39,185 nucleotides of DNA from a virus (taxonomy: Duplodnaviria > Caudoviricetes): IMG/VR virus record IMGVR_UViG_3300022407_006375, positions 1-39,185 of that record; one strand, written 5' to 3'. Each line of letters opens with the position of its first letter. The first letter of the stretch is position 1. Below, one piece after another: positions 35,416 to 39,185 of the stretch. The notes under the pieces are model-generated. The model was not told the DNA's origin. It worked only from the letters and a program-made list of their open reading frames with translations, and ran no database searches. A program made the position numbers and the translations under genes.

Positions 35416-36951
35416 ATGGAGAAACGGCCCTACCCTCGATTAGTACCTAGAGATATATCTGAATCTTTAGGAAAATTACCACCCCAAGCATTGGACATGG
35501 AGGAGGCTGTACTCGGTGCACTCATGCTCGAAAAGCCGGCTCTCGCCCAGATCCCGTTCCTAAAACCTGAGCATTTTTATACCGAGGCCCACAAGGAGAT
35601 CCACGCTGCCATACTGGATTTGGCTTCCGCTGGCGAACCGATCGACATGCGCACCGTCAAGAACCGCCTCCAAAAGTCCGGCAAACTTGAACTCATCGGT
35701 GGCGCCTTTTACTTGGCCGACTTAACCAGCCGGGTATCATCAGCTGCCAATATCGAGTCCCACGCCCGGGTCATTCTGGAAATGGCGCTCAAACGGTTCC
35801 TTATCCTAAAAGCTTCCGCCATCCACAGTGCTGCGTACGAGGATACCTCCGACCCGATCGAACTGCTCGAGTCCTCCATCACTGACCTGCAGTTCCTAAA
35901 AGACCGCGAAGTAGCGACCTCCGGCCCGGAGCGCATTAAGATTTTATGGGAAAACACCCTGATTATCAACAAACCGGAGGAATTTCCTCCGCTGATCACC
36001 ATCGATGAGTCACCCGTGGCCACGCCCGGTAACCACTCGCTCCTGGTCGGCCGCAAGAAATCACGCAAGACTCTGTTCGTGGTCTGGGAAATCTCCAAGT
36101 TCGTCACCAACCGCAACCACCTGGCAGAAGAGGCCGCCATCTTCGACACTGAGCAAGGCCGCAAGCATGTTTGGGGCATTCGCGACAAGATTTACCGGAT
36201 GACAAACCAAAATGTCCCGGTCTTTTACATGCGCGGAATGTCTCCAAAAGAGAGACGCGACTTTATTGAAGAGACGGTTAAGTACTGGCCACACAAGCTG
36301 CGCATCATCGTTATTGACGGTATCCGCGACTTAATGTCAAACATCAACGATCCGGATGAGTGTACTGAGGTGGTGGTCTGGCTTGAAAAGCTCATTTTAA
36401 CCCACAATATCCACGTTATCAACATCCTACACCTTAACAAAACTGACGGCAACGCGCGCGGTCACATCGGATCCGAGCTCCTGAACAAAGCGGAGGTCAC
36501 CATCGAGCTTACCCTGGACGAAAACACCGGTGCCACGGTGGTAAAGTGCGAATCCAGCAGGGAAAAGCCATTTGAACCGTTTATGTTCCAGCATGGGCCG
36601 ACCGGACTACCTGAAATAATAGGCCAGACGGTGAAAGGAGAAGGCGGAATGCCGGACGAGGAGAGATTAAAGCGCCTGGAATCTGTTTTTGAGGGTGAAG
36701 CTCTCCCACGAGGTCATTTAGAACATCAAATAGGCGCTGAATTTGCATGCGGTAGGTCTAAAGCAAAGCAGTTGATACAAGAGTTCATCCGCAACCAGTG
36801 GATCATTAAGTCCGGCCCGAACCGGAGCCCAAATACTGTCTACAAACTGGTCGCCAGCGCAGCCATTAAGACTAACCTCATCCCCCTTTCCCAGATCGTA
36901 ACCCCTCCGCCAGCACAGTTGAGCATTGAAACTGAAGATTTGCCATTTTAG
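35416..36951 (+). CDS. Replicative helicase-like fusion: DnaB N-terminal domain + AAA_25/RepA-type ATPase + C-terminal wHTH-like region
   Basis: LPPQALDMEEAVLGALMLE...FY..AH..I (DnaB-N). Variant Walker A GRKKSRKT, FDTEQG, Walker B IVIDGIRD, LHLNK, RGHIGSEL. TEDLPF tail. Confidence 0.85.
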   Translation: MEKRPYPRLVPRDISESLGKLPPQALDMEEAVLGALMLEKPALAQIPFLKPEHFYTEAHKEIHAAILDLASAGEPIDMRTVKNRLQKSGKLELIGGAFYLADLTSRVSSAANIESHARVILEMALKRFLILKASAIHSAAYEDTSDPIELLESSITDLQFLKDREVATSGPERIKILWENTLIINKPEEFPPLITIDESPVATPGNHSLLVGRKKSRKTLFVVWEISKFVTNRNHLAEEAAIFDTEQGRKHVWGIRDKIYRMTNQNVPVFYMRGMSPKERRDFIEETVKYWPHKLRIIVIDGIRDLMSNINDPDECTEVVVWLEKLILTHNIHVINILHLNKTDGNARGHIGSELLNKAEVTIELTLDENTGATVVKCESSREKPFEPFMFQHGPTGLPEIIGQTVKGEGGMPDEERLKRLESVFEGEALPRGHLEHQIGAEFACGRSKAKQLIQEFIRNQWIIKSGPNRSPNTVYKLVASAAIKTNLIPLSQIVTPPPAQLSIETEDLPF

Positions 36952-36970
36952 ATTAAATAAACCAAAATTC

Positions 36971-37978
36971 ATGTGGATAATACCGAAAAATATACAACAG
37001 TCCTTTCATTTTGCACTGGACTCATAGGAATCGAGCGAGGACTTGAAACAATTATCCCAAACCTTCGAACAATATGTAGCGTGGAGAGGGAAGCTTTTAT
37101 CATCGAAAATTTGGTTGCGGAAATGGAAGCAGGTTTATTGGATCCGCATCCTATTTGGCCGGATGTTACCAACTTCCCAGCAGAACACTTTCGCGGAATG
37201 GTGGACATCCTCACAGGTTGATATCCTTGTCCGGGGGAATCCTTGGCTGGTAAAAGACTCGGAGAAGATGACCCCAGATGGCTTTGGAAACACTTCGCAA
37301 GGGCAATTGACATTATTCAGCCAACCATCTGCTTCTTCGAAAACGTCCGGGGACACATCACAAAAGGGCTACCTACGGTCATCGAATCGCTGGAAGGAAT
37401 GGGTTACCGAGTGCATTGGGGAATATTCTCAGCGGAGGAAACAGGCGCAAGCCACAAGAGAGAAAGAGTTTTTATCATGGCGGTCAGGAGAAGTAAAATG
37501 GACAACCCCAACAGCCAGCGACCAAAATCGATCAACTCAATACCAGCAGGGAGGAACAGCGCTGAGCTTGCAGGTGAAGAGTTGGGGGACACCGACATCA
37601 CGCGACTACAAGGACGCGGGGGACAATGTGAATTACCAAAAAGTAGCAGCGAAAGGGAAGTTATCAGGGCAAGTTCAGTGGCCAACACCAACCACAGCGG
37701 AAGCAAACAAGATTCCCAATCAGGCCAATTACGGTCAGAAAGGATTGAGCAATCACCCTGCAATAGTTGGAGAGACGAACAGGGAGAAGCTGAAGAAAGA
37801 CAGGAAAGGTCAGTCGCAAGACCCGGCCAGCCTCAACACGAATGGGAATGCCCAAGAACCACAACAGGTCAATGGGAGACTAAATCCTGCGTGGGTGGCT
37901 CAATTGATGGGTACAAGTTTCGAGAAGATTTTCTTCGTGCACTTGGAAACTCAGTCTACCCAGATACCTCCTCAATAG
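36971..37978 (+). CDS. Overlapping-frame partner (beta) of the C5 methyltransferase, carrying TRD-like W(P/T/G)TP repeats and a motif IX-like segment
   Basis: Frame of track ORF 37043-37978: WTTPTASD, WGTPTSRD, WPTPTTAE, GRLNPAWVAQLMG. The same frame extends up to ATG 36971 (MWIIPKN) with one TAG at 37025-37027. In-frame restarts at TTG 37043, ATG 37163 and ATG 37268. Confidence 0.7.
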
Positions 37979-38019
37979 CCTGGAAAATACTGTCCGGAAA
38001 ACACGGACTCAAAATCTAA
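36973..38019 (+). pseudogene. C5-cytosine DNA methyltransferase, catalytic (alpha) frame, interrupted by an in-frame TGA at 37219-37221
   Basis: Track ORFs 36973-37221 and 37243-38019 are one frame: motif I SFCTGLIG, motif IV DILTG*YPCPG, VI FFENVRG, VIII SHKRERVF, X LRALGNSV. Confidence 0.75.
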
Positions 38020-38042
38020 AGCCCGATCATCGGGCTTTTTTT
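38018..38042 (+). terminator. Intrinsic terminator after the methyltransferase locus
   Basis: AAAGCCCGAT-c-ATCGGGCTTT followed by a T run. Confidence 0.8.
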
Positions 38043-38162
38043 ACGACCAAACCTAATCGAAAATATTAAACCTGTAAACAACTAACACAAATCACAAAAC
38101 AGTTGAAAAATAACTGCTATTTAGAATTAGTCTCAGTAACACCTCGTTTAAATCGAAATTTC

Positions 38163-38452
38163 GAACTCGGTTACTCGGTTAATAGTCGGATACCCCCCTC
38201 TAACCCAGTTGTTTTGACACAAATTGTCATACTGTTTTTATGGTTTACTCAAGTCAACATAAAAAACATCGAAATTAGCCTAAAAATGAACTCGGTTACT
38301 CGGTTAACACTCGGTTATAACCCACTAACCGAGTTACCTCCAACTGGGTTACTTTTTACCCCCCCCTATAAGGGGGGAAAAATAACCGAGTGGATGGTGG
38401 GGCCGTAACTCACATATTTTTTTACTAAATCACTCTAACCCACTAACCGACT
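38163..38452. repeat. Iteron array, putative replication origin
   Basis: GAACTCGGTTACTCGGTTAA exact at 38163 and 38288. ACTCGGTTA at 38309. Inverted TAACCGAGT at 38326 and 38383. Variants at 38201, 38318, 38343, 38436, 38444. C8-TATAA-G6 quasi-palindrome at 38359-38377. Confidence 0.75.
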
Positions 38453-38494
38453 TAAAATATTTGAATATCACAGAAAACCTTTTACCTTCACACC

Positions 38495-38803
38495 ATGCTT
38501 ACCCCAAAACAAACACGACTCCTCAACCACCCAAACGTCCAGCTACTCATCACCTCGCTCCAATGCGAACCTACGCTGTCTGCAGAGTTCAAATACTCAA
38601 AAGCTGTCGAGGCACGTGTATCCCAGATCCTAAACACCATGGAAAAGGCTGTTTCCTTGCCCGTGGTTAAACGATCAGTGTCTGTCGAGATAGAAGATAC
38701 CACCCCTTTTAAAAAAATCGATCTAAGCGCCTGTATTGAGGTCGAGCATACCTTCAAATCCTGGAAATCAATGGCAGGCAAAACAATCAAAGCCCCGTTC
38801 TGA
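38495..38803 (+). CDS. Hypothetical protein (102 aa)
   Basis: ATG start. The stop overlaps the next ATG (TGATG). Confidence 0.6.
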   Translation: MLTPKQTRLLNHPNVQLLITSLQCEPTLSAEFKYSKAVEARVSQILNTMEKAVSLPVVKRSVSVEIEDTTPFKKIDLSACIEVEHTFKSWKSMAGKTIKAPF

Positions 38804-39185
38804 TGAAAACACGAGAAAAAATCGTAGCCGTAATCCTGATTGTAACCTTTTTAGTTACAATGACCATTCCGCTGTGGGCACGTACTACTGCGCCTGGCGC
38901 CCTACAAGGCCCCGGTGAATCCCAAATTGGGAAACGGAATTCCAAAGACCGGGGGGCCTCGGTTAGTCCGCAGAACTTTTTCAAAACAAAACCGAATTTT
39001 ATACTGAAATACAGCAAAACTGATTGTTGTATAACATTTATTATGTTAAATAGTATTTCAGAACAGAATATTATTCTGTTTTCCCATATTGGGAATATTC
39101 CAGAATTGGGACAAGATGATATTAGTTGCAACCTGGTTGCATTTAGTTTTGCAACAATGTTGCAAGAGATGGACATCCTTCCTTT
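38803..39185 (+). CDS. Possible ORF with an N-terminal signal/TM segment, open to the right edge
   Basis: MKTREKIVAVILIVTFLVTMTIPLWA..., no stop before 39185. The distal part runs through a palindrome cluster and looks non-coding. Confidence 0.35.
   Translation, partial: MKTREKIVAVILIVTFLVTMTIPLWARTTAPGALQGPGESQIGKRNSKDRGASVSPQNFFKTKPNFILKYSKTDCCITFIMLNSISEQNIILFSHIGNIPELGQDDISCNLVAFSFATMLQEMDILP
38920..39165. repeat. Cluster of odd-centred palindromes, including three 13-bp operator-family copies
   Basis: TCCCAAATTGGGA 38920; AACAGAATA-T-TATTCTGTT 39062; TCCCATATTGGGA 39082; TCCAGAATTGGGA 39099; TGCAACC-T-GGTTGCA 39127; TTGCAACA-A-TGTTGCAA 39149. Confidence 0.7.

Noticed and set aside
36972-36980. 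Perfect DnaA box TGTGGATAA
   Set aside because: It coincides with the interlocked start codons (MWI / VDN) of the two MTase frames, so coding constraint explains it. Single copy.
37219-37300. Selenocysteine insertion at the MTase TGA
   Set aside because: The position corresponds to Gly, not the catalytic Cys (intact TGT three codons later), and no convincing SECIS hairpin follows.
36971-38019. Genome-wide stop-codon reassignment (TGA or TAG), as in some crAss-like phages, to explain the MTase stops
   Set aside because: TGA ends ssb right after DDLPF (33264-33266) and TAG ends the helicase right after DLPF (36949-36951). All other long genes are uninterrupted under the standard code.
38103-38408. 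101-aa ORF across the iteron region
   Set aside because: TTG start and the translation simply mirrors the DNA repeats. Better explained as non-coding origin DNA.
38163-38452. CRISPR mini-array
   Set aside because: Repeats are 9-20 bp, in both orientations, with irregular spacing and no uniform spacers. They fit iterons better.
1-39185. tRNA genes, integrase/att sites, lysis cassette
   Set aside because: None recognisable by eye. They may lie outside this window; tRNAscan and HMM searches would settle it.

Overview
About 39 kb of a dsDNA tailed phage genome, most likely infecting a Bacteroidota host. Support for the host: TTTG-N19-TAnnTTTG promoters, A-rich translation starts without Shine-Dalgarno sites, and a signal peptide with Gln at +1. 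The left ~20 kb (minus strand) is a crAss-like/Bacteroidota-podovirus morphogenesis block: putative TerS, TerL, portal, acidic scaffold-like protein, major capsid protein, long tail fibre and a ring/adaptor protein. A five-gene fibre-like cassette sits between portal and scaffold. 21-30 kb (minus) carries RecT, an acyl carrier protein, a PD-(D/E)xK exonuclease, a split heptose nucleotidyltransferase/kinase pair (HldC/HldA), an HNH endonuclease, a HAD phosphatase, an SF2 helicase, VRR-NUC and a secreted CAP protein. A divergent control region at 29.9-31.0 kb has two small HTH-like genes. 31-39 kb (plus) carries an ASCH-like protein, a second HAD, SSB, a MazG-like protein, a tandem Tad1/Acb2-like hairpin protein, a DnaB-N/AAA helicase fusion, a dual-frame C5 methyltransferase with an in-frame stop in each frame, an iteron-rich origin and a palindrome cluster. 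Two families of recurrent operator-like palindromes occur in intergenic DNA. No tRNA, CRISPR array, integrase or DNA polymerase is visible. All family assignments come from motif recognition by eye, not from database searches.
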